DNA of 64,000 bases from Okamejei kenojei. Lineage: Eukaryota. Position 1 is the stretch's first letter, and each line of letters starts with the position of its first letter. Below the pieces are notes generated by a model. That model searched no databases, was not told where the DNA came from, and was given only the letters and a program-made list of their open reading frames with translations. The position numbers and the translations under genes are program-made. Of the stretch, positions 48,841 to 61,019 are shown in pieces. The DNA lies in assembly GCA_035221665.1 (NCBI GenBank), contig CM069150.1, positions 25,544,001 through 25,608,000 of the forward strand, read 5' to 3'.

Positions 48841-50619
48841 AGGGTATACTTTGTTTCTTTTCTGCTTACTTTAAATTTAATTTATTTTTCCCATTCGTTC
48901 CTAATCTTGTCAAATTCTGATAGGCTGGTAAATATGCCTTGGGCCTTCTCTTTGGTTTCCTATGTTCTGGATTGCTGAAAATCAGAAATACAAGAAAATT
49001 CAGAAATACAAGTAAATGCACCAGCCACTGTATGATGGTTTGTGTAACAGATGGTGAGTGTAAGTGAAGATGGAATTCTCGCCCTGAAGGATCTTTGGAG
49101 GAGAAATTATTCAACACTGTGTGGAAATAATGTGAGCAAAGCAAAGATCCAATAAATAATATTTTTTCTTATCCCAAAAAGGAATGGAGAGATAAAAGGA
49201 TGATTTTTTTTTGCTTTTCTGAAGGTGAATTGCACCAAATTCCCAAATCCCCTAATTTGTGTGACAAATAAATGTATCTTGTATCTTGTGTCTTCTATCG
49301 CAGATGCAGGTGGCAAGCGCCGCAAAGAATTGGAAAAAAAGTTTGGTTGGTCATTTGCATTTAAGTGAAGGTTTCTGTTGGAAAAAAATGGATGGATATG
49401 GGAAAAGTGCCAAGGATTGGAACTAGCTGGGTTTCTTTCAAAAGACCAATGCAGACCCAGCTGTTTGAATGGACCTCTGCTGTGTTGTGCTGTTCTGCAA
49501 TTTAATAAGCATGTAACAACTAGAAGGCTTACAAGACAACATGTAAGACAAAGTGAAGTCCAAGGTAGCCCCAGTTGAGAAATCAGCTAATTGATTCTGT
49601 CACTTGGTACATCGACTTGTCAGCAACATTCCTGTGGCGGTTTGCTCAGCTTTGCAGCTGAAGACCCGGTGAAAGTATTTTCCAACATCTATTTAAAGTA
49701 AGAGTGAAAAAGATTGAAAATGGTTGTGATTACTCCAATTTTCCATCATTTGTACAGCAGCATGTAAAGCATAAAATTTCATCATTGCTCTTGGGATATA
49801 AATAGGTGGTAATGGAGTTTTCCACTGAGGAAAATAGACTTAATGCATGCTGAGCATCTACTGCTGGTTATTCTCGACGGACATATTTGGCCCCATTGAC
49901 TCCAATGAAGCCAAAAGTGCTGAGATGAATAAAACAACAGCCAATACCTGTGAGTGATTTTAATGCTGCTGACCAAAAATAACCTAATTGCTTGCATTGG
50001 ATTATTGTGCCACGCTCTGTATCTTTCAACATTTAATGACTAGATGATTCATGCAGCACGGCATTCTTTTTCATGCTGCACATCCAATAATTGATGTAAC
50101 TGGAGCAACTCGTATTAGCTTTCACAGATGGCAAAAATTACTCCAGTTATGAAATTAGATGTTACTTCCGCCCATTATCCACTCATTCAATGGTAGCTCA
50201 GTGCTCAGTGCCTATACAGCTGCAGCAATATCGGATGCATTGGGAAAGGTGTGACAGGTCACAAGGGGAGAGTCAGGAACAAGAGGACATATCTCAAAGA
50301 TCCCAAATCATAACAGAAATACAGGCAGACCTCAACTCACAGAGGAACTCCATTCACAGCTTTGATTTTAGTAGGTAGGGAGAGCTAGATATCTGGGATA
50401 GTGGGGTTTTCCAGCATTCTTGACTCAAACAAAAGTCAACAACCAACAACTTTCTGTCAAAGTGGCTCACTGCAGGGATGTGATGTAATCACGTGCATTG
50501 GAAAAGCATTTTTTCCATGGCGCAGCTGATAAAGTGGGGGTGGTTTTGCAACAGAGTGTTGAATTCCCCCGTGCAACATCTCTCCATTTCTGGGGAACAT
50601 ATAGCTATCTCCTGGTAGC

Positions 50620-50775
50620 ACTCTTCCAGTTGCCAGCATTTTAATTTTCTTCCCACTCTCACATTAATCTGTCTGTGCTTGGCCTCCTCCACTGCTAGGG
50701 TGAGGCTAAGTGGAAACTAGAGTAACACCACTTCATATTCTTCCTGACACACTGGACAATGAAAGGTGAACAGAT
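50620..50775 (+). mobile_element. Old Penelope GIY-YIG C-terminal fragment
   Basis: PVASILI..H..LSVLGLLHC*GEAKWKLE*HHFIF is similar to the frame at 38823-39329. Confidence 0.7.
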
Positions 50776-50898
50776 GGCTATTTCTACAACTGCTATCCAC
50801 TGTGAAGCACATAGGACCAAAAATAGGACCCACATGATCATTTTTGCATTTGCTGACTTTATAGATCCACTCATTAGATCCACTTAAATGCCATTTCT

Positions 50899-51215
50899 TT
50901 TTTTTAATGTTTATTTTATTAGACGCAATTGTACAAGAAGAAAGTAATCGACATAACAATTATACAATTTTCGTACAGCTTCAGTTATAACATTTCATAA
51001 ATTGATAAATGAATCGGAAAAAAAAGTAAAAAGGAAAGAATGAAGAGAAAGAAGAAATATACAAAAAAGAGAGAAGGAAAAACCCCTGAACTGACAAAGA
51101 AGTGAGAGAAAAAAAGAGAAAAGCGGAGATATGTCCCACTATCCTTCCCTACACCAGCTCACCCAACCCAAGCATCGGTTTTAAATTTGTGTTCAACCAT
51201 TCTGTTGTTGAAGAA
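50899..51215 (-). mobile_element. L1-type 3'UTR with poly-A tail
   Basis: TSD ttaaaYgccatttct at 50884-50898 and 51216-51230. Composition resembles 38086-38400. Confidence 0.7.
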
Positions 51216-51799
51216 TTAAACGCCATTTCTGGCAATTGTTTCTTTTGCAGATATATATTTAATTTGTTTTTTCAAAAAGTAAAAGTAAATCTCCTTCCAG
51301 CATTAAGTGCATTCCGGATCATAACTGATTGCAACACAAGCCACTTACAGATAGATGAGCTATACATTGGATAGTAAACATAGAAAGCCCCAGCAGCATT
51401 ATTGTGTATTACCTGACATTAAGGAGACTATCTCTAGTCACATGGAAATGATGCAAACTTATTTGCAACCTAGTTTGATAAAATATTTGACTTTTTTAGG
51501 CTTTGCCTGGATAAGTGTTATTGATTAGTTACTATTCAATTTTCCTCAGTGTAGCACAGATCCCTCTGCTGGTCCTCTGAAATAAAACATTGAGACATGC
51601 ACTGCTGATCCCACTGTGCACTTATATGGGGATCTGTGCAAATTATTTTGAATTATTTATGTCTTTCTCTTACTTTGTCCATCCCATTGGAAATAGTTGT
51701 TGTGCTGCAGCAAAATATCTTCATCTTAGGCAGTTATCTGAGACTGAAGATACCTACTTCCATTTTGATTTTGTGAGTTCTGTCTTTGCTAGTGAGGGC

Positions 51800-52260
51800 A
51801 ATGTGAGAACCATGGACTCCTCCATGGATGGAGCAGGTGGTGGCTGACAGGCATTCAGCAGCAAGGTTTGTGAGATGGTCTTCGCCATCTGCTGCCTACA
51901 CACGACCTCTATGTACTCCAGATGCATAGCCCCAAGGCTGCTGAATTATGTGACTCCTTTTCCGTCATGATCCAGATATTCCTAGAGTCAGTGGAGGTGT
52001 TGCACCTCTTCAAAGAAACTTTTAGCACATCCTTGAATTGTTTTCCTTTGTCTTTCTGATAACTCATTCCCATGACAAAGCCACAAACTAAATGTCAGCT
52101 TCAGAAGTCTAGCGTTAGGTAGATGACAAAGGCAGCCTGCCCACCAATGCCAACTGAGTGTAATGGCACATCCACTGGAAAAATGGGCTTGGGCAATAAT
52201 GCTGATGTGGCTTATATTTTTCTTCCAGTGAATTAGGACGATTGTCAATACAGCATTGCG
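51800..52260 (-). mobile_element. RTE-clade LINE 3' fragment
   Basis: Degenerate WAG...RL.K...EL...QRK..KD..K..LKRC..W motif string. Confidence 0.65.
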
Positions 52261-52261
52261 G

Positions 52262-53310
52262 TTATTTTCAATGTTCATAACACTGGGTTATAAGCCATCC
52301 GAGCAGAATATGACATGCTGTTCCACCAGTTTGCATCACTCTGGCAATGGAGGAGACCAAGGACAGAAAGGTCAGTATCGGAATGAGAAGGGGAGTTTAA
52401 ATGCTTAGCACCCGGAAGATCTAGCAGGCCTTGGCAGATAGAGCGGAAGTGCTGGGGGTGTGACAATTGCCTAGTCTACACTAAGGAGGTTGCGTCAGGA
52501 GCACCAAATGCAGTAGACAAGGTTTGAAGGGATGCATGTGAACCTCTGTCTCACCTGGTAGGTTGTGCTCCCTGGATGGAAGTAGGAAAGGAGGTGTAGG
52601 GACTGGCGTTACATCTCCTGCAAATAAATTTGAATTATCCAATTTCCAGAAATATCCCCACTTGCCCTTCCCCCACCTCCATCCTGGGGAGCCCTCAATT
52701 CTCGCAACATCTCCCCTCAGCCCCATTCACCCAGTTCCTTTCGTCTCCTTAATACACTCATCTCCCATTCGAAGTCCCCCATTTCCATTTAGTTTAGTTT
52801 AGGGACACAGCATAGAAACAGGCCCTTCATTCCACTGAGTCCAAGCTGAACATTGATCACACGTTCACTTTAGTTCTATGGAGACTGCGCAAACTCCACA
52901 CAGACCACACCCGAAGTCAAGATCAAACCTGGATCTCGGGCACTGTGATACAGCAGCTCTCCTCCAATCCACCCACATATTTCCGTTTGACTTTACACTT
53001 CACATCTCTTCTTATCTGACACCATTCCGTCACTTTTTTTCACTCCTAGCCTTTGTCACTTACTATACCCATCTGCCAAACAAACTCCTGCCCCTCCCGC
53101 CCCACTTTACCTATCCATCTCCGACTTGCCAAGGTTTGTCCCACCCACGCCTCATTTTTCCAGCTTTTCCTCCACTATTCCAATCAGTCTGAAGAAGGGA
53201 CCCGACCCGAAACATTGCCTGTCCATTCGCTCCCCAGATGCTGCCTGGCCCGATGAGTTACTCTAGCATTTTGTGCTTTGCACAAGGCTCCAGAATATGC
53301 AGTTTCATGT
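52262..53310. mobile_element. Old Penelope remnant: GIY-YIG (52262-52620, minus) and pLTR (~52960-53310, plus; hammerhead core at 53189), with a deleted V-SINE (52788-52960, minus) between them
   Basis: AKHLNSPSHSDTDLSVLGLLHCQS and ctgaagaagggacccgacccgaaacatt. Confidence 0.78.
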
Positions 53311-54357
53311 AATTAGCATATTTGGCAATGTTTGCAATTCAGTCAAAGCTACAAAAACATTATTTGACTATTATTGCATTGTTTGAGACATGCTAGCTCA
53401 CAAACAAGCTGTCACAATCTGCACATTCAAAATTATTCCTTTGGCTGGGAAGGGGTTCTGGTGACCCGAGGCTTTATAAATACAGTACACTCTTTGTTTC
53501 TTTGAAGGAAGTAAGAAATGGCACGGCAAGGTTTAAAGAACAGCCTCTAAAGTTCAGGTATCATTTCATCAGAACTTGATTCCCTGGTTAAGGCTTGTGT
53601 TCAATGTATGAAGTTCTTGTCATCGAAATGTTTATTGCACAACTTTTGATTTTACTGTGCATGCCTAGCTAGATATAGGCGACCAGAACAGAAACCTGGA
53701 AGCTGCGCTCTATATGCAATTATCTTTACTGGGCAGGTCCTTGTGAAAAATACATTACCAAGTGTATGAAAACATTGTTAATTGCAACCAAATTCCCAAG
53801 CTAGCAACCTTCACTTCTATGTGTTTTTAACTGAACTAACTGTTCATCACACAACAAATGACTTGGATCTCAGATAACCAAATGCATCAGAACTGTTGGA
53901 TTCATGGGGGAAAAAACAATGTCATTCATATCTGTGCTAAAAGTACTGTAAAATATCAGCAACAAAAAAAAACGATACATTTCTAGCCTGATGAAGCCAA
54001 GAATTGAATCTGGAGCTTATTGTGAAACTCTACCATTGTATTAATACTGGGGCTCAGCAGAGGTTTCCAAAATAAAACGTGTATAATTCCTCATTGAGAA
54101 TTGGTAAAAAGTATAATATTCAGCAATGATATTACAATGGCAAATGAAATTAGGTTTGGCATTTGTTATTTGTTATCTGCCCAATTTCATTACTAACATT
54201 GACCTATTTGTCTCCTTTTTTGATATCTGCTGCTGTAAATTTGTCTGGTTTCTCATTGATTTCTACTAGAATTCACCAATGGGGTGATTAGTCCACCATA
54301 TCCACGTCAACCATCAAGTAGCCAGCTGTATATCTCATCTATCTTCAACCGCCCAAT

Positions 54358-54533
54358 GTGGGCAGCATGGTGGTGTGGCGGTGGAACTGCTGCCTCACAT
54401 CACCAGAGACCTGGGTTCAATCCTGAGTATGTGTGCTTGTATGTACGGAGCTTGGGCATTCTCCCCGTGACCTGGTCAGTTCGGACTCGGTTGGTCAAAG
54501 GCCTGTTTCTCTAAAACTAAAAAATTAAACTAA
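54358..54533 (+). mobile_element. Internally deleted V-SINE
   Basis: Head with gggttcaatcc and an aaactaaa tail. Confidence 0.8.
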
Positions 54534-54789
54534 AATGTCACACATAATTGTATACACCTCTAGCATGACTCATCAGCCACCTCTGCTCCAAGGAACACAG
54601 AAACCCAGCTTATTGAAACTTTTTTTTAGCTGAAAAGTCCATTCCAGGCAGATTCTGGAAAATTAGTTATAATTTCTACAATTTCATTCATCCTGCCAGG
54701 TTACAATCAGGGCGGTAACTTGTAAAAGTATTATTTGATGGCTGGGATGTGCTGAGGTGAATTTAGTTAATGCTTCAGCAGTTCACCAC

Positions 54790-55275
54790 AAAGGGCCTGA
54801 GCTATAGGAAGAGGTTGAGCAGGCCATGACTTTATTCCTTGGAGTGCAGGAGAATGAGTGGTGGTCATATAGAGGTGTACAAATCATGAGAGGAATAGAT
54901 AGGGTAAATACACAGAATCCTTCACTCAAAGGAAGGGAATCAAGAACCGGAGGACATAGGTATAAGGTGAGCGGGGAAAGATTTAATAGGAACTTTGAGG
55001 GCAACGTTTTTTACCCAAAGGGAGGTAGGTATATGGAAAGAGCTGCCAGAGGAGGTAGTTGAGGCAAAGGCTGTTAGAACGTTTAAAAAAACATTAAGAC
55101 AGGTACATGGATAGGATAGGTTTAGAATGATAAAGGCCAAATGCAGGCTGCTGGGATGAATGTAGATGGGCATGTTGGTCAGCGTGGGCATGTTGGTCAG
55201 CGTGGGCAAGTTGGTCAGCGTGGGCAAGTTGGGCGGAAGGGCCTGATTCCATGCTGTATGATTCTATGACTCTTT
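54790..55275 (+). mobile_element. CR1 3' end with an 18-bp tandem expansion (55167-55232)
   Basis: Unit tgggcaWgttggtcagcg, about 3.5 copies. Confidence 0.88.
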
Positions 55276-56634
55276 GATTAAGTCTGAGACATGAAGGACC
55301 TGATATAAAAGCAAAAATTAATTTTGCAGTTATAATTAGGTTTATCAATATTCTAGCGCAATAGAAATTGTACCGCAATAACTGGCATTTGAATAAGATC
55401 TTTTCAATGATAAAGCAGGAATTATATTGGACAAAATCTGACAATATGTTTTGTGAGAAATATTAGGAGAGATGAGCAAAAGCTTGGGAAGAGAAATATG
55501 TTTTTTGGAGCATCTTTCAACAAACCATGAGAGACACAGGAAGGATTTAAATGGATTCTAGAACCTGGGGACAATCCTGGACTATTCATTGCCAAGCATG
55601 GATCAATGAAAAGATGGGATTTTTAAGAGTCCCGAGTTGCAGAGATCTCAGAAGGTCACCAAACAGGCATGTGACTGATATACATGAACAATATTTTCAG
55701 AGTGCTATCTACTTTTGTTTGTAGCTTCCCTGCTCAAAGCACCCATTTGATTCGTGTTAGATATTTCCACCCTGGGAAATATGCTCTGAATGTCTACCCT
55801 ATCTGTGTCTCTCATAATTTTATACACATCTGGCAGGTCTCCCTTCAACATCTGAGGTTCCAGAGAAAACAATCCAAATCTATCTAACCTCTCCCTGTAG
55901 GTGAAACCCTTTCATCCAGGTAGCATTCTGGTAAACCTGCTCTGCACCCTTTCCAAAGCTTCCATATATTTTCTGTAATGGGGCCATTAACTGTATACTC
56001 TCTCCTTACATTCAACCTTGTAAAGTGCAACACCTCACACTTATTTGGATTAAACTGTATCTGCCATTTCTCCACCCATTTCTGATCCATAGCTGTATCT
56101 TCTGTCAGCATTCCTCACTGTCTGCAACTCCTCCAATTTTGGTGTCTTCAGTAGGCTTATGACCAACCCATCTACATTTATATCAATGCTATTTATATAT
56201 ATCACAAACAGGAGATCCCAGCAGCGCTCCCTGTGGAACTCCACTAGTACAGACCTCCTTCCACCACAACCCTCTGTCTTCTATGAATAAGCCAGTTCTG
56301 AATCCATATGACCAAGTCATCGTGAATCCCACACATCTTAATCTTCTGGAGCAGCCTATCATGAGGGACCATAAAATTCATGTATCTAAAATCTACAGCC
56401 ATGCCTTCATCAATCTCCTCTGTCACCTCCCCAAATATACGTAATCAGGTCAGTGAAACATGACCTGCCACATACAACGCCATGCTGGCTATCCCTAATT
56501 AGTATTCTCCACACTGATCTTACTGTCCTTCCCGTCGGTGAATACAAAGTACCTACATCCTCCGACTCCAAGCATAGTTTCCCTCCTTTACCTTTGAGCC
56601 GTCCTACCTTCTCCCTGGTCACCTTCCTATTTTT

Positions 56635-57020
56635 TTTTTTTGTAAAATATTTTTATTAGAAGTAAATACATATTAAGAAGAAATAATATAAAATCGAAAA
56701 AAAAGAAAACATATTATTCGTCACATACATTCTTAATATTTTTAAAATTTACAGTCAATCTTATTTATACTTCTATATTTTTTTATTATTTTATAACAGT
56801 AGGAAATAAAGAGAAATAATAAAAAGAAAAAGAAATAAGAAAGAAATAAAAAATCAATAAAATGAGTGGGGTATTAAGCAGGATATTCTTCATTGGAGAT
56901 ATATTCGTGATCTATCATATATAATTCTTCATCTATTCCTTCATTCAGGCTTCAGTCAGGGCCTCGAACCGGACCACCTTAACCCTTTAAGTATTCAATA
57001 AATGGAGACCATATTTCTCT
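56635..57020 (-). mobile_element. L1-clade 3' end inserted in the CR1
   Basis: REIWSPFIEYLKG* followed by poly-A. TSD gtcaccttcctattttt at 56618-56634 and 57021-57037. Confidence 0.85.
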
Positions 57021-57235
57021 GTCACCTTCCTATTTTTAACATATGTATAAAAAACCTTCAGATTTTCCTTAAACTGACTCACCAATTATATTTCATGGCT
57101 CCTTCGGTCCCTTCTAATCGTCCACTCGAGTTATTTCCTACTTGCTTTATATTCGTCATAAGCTCAGTCTGATGTCACCTTCTTAAACCTGACATATGAT
57201 GCGTATTTCTTCCTGACCAAGCTTACAACCTTCTT

Positions 57236-57570
57236 AGATAGACACAAAATGCTGGATGAACTCAGCGAGTCATGCAGCATTTCTGGTGTTCACAGAGGCG
57301 GTAGAGTGAGAACGCCTCTCAAAGAACCATGACAGTAGGCAAATCCTGAAGTGACTTTTCACTGGAGCAGTCAAAAGGTCATTACAAGGAACTACAAATG
57401 CTGGTTTATACCAAAGATAGACAAAAAATGCTGGAGTAACTCAGCGGGTCAGGCAGCACATTTGGAAACACTCCATAGATATCTCCAGAGATGCTGCCTG
57501 ACCCATTGAGTTACTCCAGCATTTATATCTGTCTTTGGAATAAACCAGCATCTGCAGTTTATTGATATTA
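57236..57570. mobile_element. Penelope pLTR-derived composite insertion carrying ~100 bp of unrelated sequence
   Basis: pLTR pieces at 57238-57285 and an inverted pair at 57387-57560 interrupt the CR1. Confidence 0.75.
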
Positions 57571-58777
57571 CATTTGCAACCTCCTTGATCATTCACGGTT
57601 TCCTTACCTGGCCATCTTTATCTCTCCTCCTTATTGGAACATGCTGATGCTGAATATGTTGATCCACCGCTAATCCTGCACTTTGATCAGCTGGCCATTA
57701 ACCGGCTCTCACATGTCATCTGTGGACTTACCCAATAACAACTGCTCCAAATTTATTCTCCTTGCCTCCTGACCCTTCCCCCAACATCCAGACCTGACCT
57801 TATTCAAAACAATCTTAAAACCTATGGAGTTGTGATCACTATCTACAAATTCTTCACCCTCTGCCACACCAGTCACCTGGCCAGGTCGTTTCCCAATTCA
57901 AGGTCCAGCATGGTCCCTCCTCGAGTCGGACTACCAACATACTGTACAAGGGAACCTTCTTGGATACACTTAACAGATTTTGACCCATCCAATCTTTTAG
58001 CTCTAAGTAAGTCCCAGTCTATTTTAAGGTAGTTACGCACTACAACAATCCTACGGTTCTTGCATCCTTCTGTAATCTGTTTGCATATCTGATTCCCTTC
58101 TGGCTATTGGGTGGCCTATAATATAATCCCATCAGAGTACTTGCTTCTTTCTTATTTTTTACCTCAACCCACAATGCTTCAGTAGACGTACCCTCCGGTA
58201 TGTCCTCTTTAAGTACCGCCATGACATTCTCCCTGATTAATAAACTCCTCCACCTCCTTTATCCCCCTCTGCCATCTCATCTAAAACATCGAGGCCCAGG
58301 CACGTTGAGCTGCCAGTCGTATCCCTCTCACAACCAAGTTTCCGTAATGGCCACAACATCATTATTCCAAACATTGATCCAGGCTGTAAGTTCATCAGCT
58401 TTACCCATAATACTCCTTGCTTTGAAGCAAACACACTTCAGCCCTTCATTATCCCTCTCCCTGTCTGTCCTTCATTTGAGAATTACTGATCATAGCTTCC
58501 CCTTTCTCATGACTTGCTCCTCTAGTTCCCACCCTCTGCCATTCTACTTTAAACCCTCCCAAGCAGCACTAGCAAACCTCCTTGCAAAAATGTTGGTGCC
58601 CCTTCATTTCAGGTGCCACCCGTCCCTCTTACACAGGTCACCTCTGCCCCAGAAGAGATGCCAAAGGTCCTAAAATCTGAACCCCTTTCCCCTGCACCAA
58701 CTCCTCAGTCACGCGTTCATCTGTCCTATCTACCTATTGCTACCCTCCCTAGTGGGTGGGATCAGTATTAATCCTGA

Positions 58778-59532
58778 GATTTGGATGAAGGGATTCAAAG
58801 TAACATTAGCACATTTGCAGATGACACAAAGCTGGGTGGCAGTGTGAACTGTGATGAGGATGCTATGAGAATGTAAGGTGACTTGGACAGGTTGGGGGAG
58901 TCGGCAGATGCATGGCAGATGAAGTTTAATGTGGATAAATGTGAGGTTATTCACTTTGGCAGCAAAAACAGGAAGGCAGATTACTATCTCAATGGCATCA
59001 AATTGGGAAAAGGGGAAGTACAACGGGATCTGGGAGTCCTTGTACAGGTTAATTCCCGGGATGGCGGGGCTGTCATATGCTGAGTGAATGGAGCAGCTGG
59101 GATTGTACACTCTGGAGTTTAGAAGGATGAGAGGGGATCTCATTGAAACATATAAGATTGTTAAGGGTTTGGACATGCTCGAGGCAGGAAACATGTTCCC
59201 GATGTTGGGTGAGTCCAGAACTAGGGTCCACAGTTTAAGAATAAGGAGTAAGCCATTTAGAACGGAGATAAGGAAAAACTTTTTCTCACAGAGAGTGGTG
59301 AGTCTGTGGAATTCTCTGCCGCAGAGAGCGGTGAAGGCAGGTTCTCTGGATGTTTTCAAGAGAGAGCTAGATAGGGTTCTTAAAAATAGCGGAGTCAGGG
59401 GATATGGGGAGAGGGCAGAACGGGGTACTGATTGGGGTTGATCAGCCATGATCACATTGAATGGCGGTGCTGGCTTGAAGGGCTGAATGGCCTACTCCTG
59501 CACCTATTGTCTATTGTATCTATTGTATCTAT
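58778..59532 (+). mobile_element. Younger CR1 3' fragment inserted in the old CR1
   Basis: FADDTKLGG, WQMKFNVDKCEVIHFG and ORF 59088-59441. Confidence 0.92.
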
Positions 59533-60459
59533 GTCATTTGTGCCAAGGTGCACAATGACTTCTTGCTGCTCACTCTTCCTTTTAGAATTTTTTGCAGCCG
59601 CTCCAAGACATCCTGGTCCCTGGCACCAGGGAGGCAACAGACCATTCTGGAACCCTTTTTGCTGTCACAGAATCTCCTGCCTGCACCCTAACTACCGAGT
59701 CTCTGATCAGTATAATTTCACCCTACTCCACTGTGTCTCAGAGCCAGGCCCAGTGCTGCTGCTCTCCCCTGAATGGTCACCCTACCCTACAGTATCCTGT
59801 GGGGTATACCTGTTTTGCAGGCGAATGGCCATGGGAATTCCTGAACATTTTTCCTACTTCCTCTCCTGCAGGCTATCCATCTATTCTCTGTCTGCACCTT
59901 AGGGGTGACCACCTCTCGATAGCTCCTAACTATGACATCCGCATTCTCCCAGATGAGCCTGAGGTCATCCAGCTGCAGCTTCAATTCCGTAACACTGAGC
60001 TGTACCTGGATTTACCTCCTGCAGATTTAGTCCTCAGAGACACCGGCCGTCTTCCTGAGTTCCTGAGATACTTCAATGTCAGCAATAATTACTCTCTTTG
60101 ATTTTTTTCGGTTCTTGAAAGTTTTTGGAAACATTTTGGTAAAAGTCCTCCAAATGCTGCAAAGTCACAGTTCAAAGCTTTCTTATCAGATAAACTTGCA
60201 TGTCTTTAATAGGACTTTCTTCCATAAAAATACAAAGTTAAGGATTGGAACTGTAAAAACAGTTCTAATTATGTGGGAAAATCTATGGTATTAGGTTCAA
60301 GATGAAAAGTTATTAAAAAATATTTTGTGGTCACCAGTTCCACTCACTACTTGGCCCTCATGATTGCAGATTGGATGATTTCTTAAAAATGTGACATCAC
60401 CAGAGTAACTTATCATTCTCTTCTGGTTCAGGTTGACATTAAAAGTATCGGTCTAGAAA

Positions 60460-60538
60460 TTCTATCACATCGGGTAATGTTTGTGTGTAGTATATGTGTT
60501 CTTTCACATCGGGTAACGTTTGTGTGTAGTATATTGTG
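60460..60538. repeat. Direct tandem duplication of about 39 bp
   Basis: ttctWtcacatcgggtaaYgtttgtgtgtagtatat occurs twice. Confidence 0.9.
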
Positions 60539-61019
60539 TATACATCTATTATAACTTTTCGCTTCTCGGTTGTGGGCCTTCCATGCTGAAACAGGTCTTC
60601 ACAATGAATGTAAGACTTACTTCATTGTAATTTAAAGGGGACCTGCCTCCAAGACATCCCCTTTACGTTGCCTCCATAGATGTTACTTGACTTACTGAGT
60701 TATTTCAACAATTTATCTTATTCACCTTTAAGTTTCATTATCTTCCCTCACTTGGGATTTACTTCAGGCCCTCCACCACTGTATCCTGACCTTACTGTGA
60801 CCCTGAATCCTTCTGCCACACCACTCCACTAGATGGCATTCCTCATCACATGCATCTTCCAAAGATCATTGTGCTCTTTCCCAACCTGAGCCAACACAAT
60901 CCAAATCCAACAGGCTTGACCCGTTCCTGAGTAAAACTCTGAATTACCCCCACCATATTAATTCACCCAGACCACAATAATTGTGCCCTGGATCTGCCTT
61001 ATTTGAATTCCACTACTCA

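Larger units (their letters stand above)
55690..60075 (-). mobile_element. Degraded near-full-length CR1 (ORF1 with SGNH/esterase motif, APE endonuclease, RT) carrying three nested insertions
   Basis: VIVHLGTNDI (59452-59637), ALWVEVKNKK..MGLYYRPPNS, VPHDRLLQKI..WIQNWL..RRQRVVV and KWQIQFNPNKCEVLHF. Confidence 0.88.

Noticed and set aside
55167-55232. LTNMPT/HADQ repeat proteins in ORFs 54940-55227 and 55094-55444
   Set aside because: They are translations of an 18-bp tandem expansion in a CR1 3'UTR.
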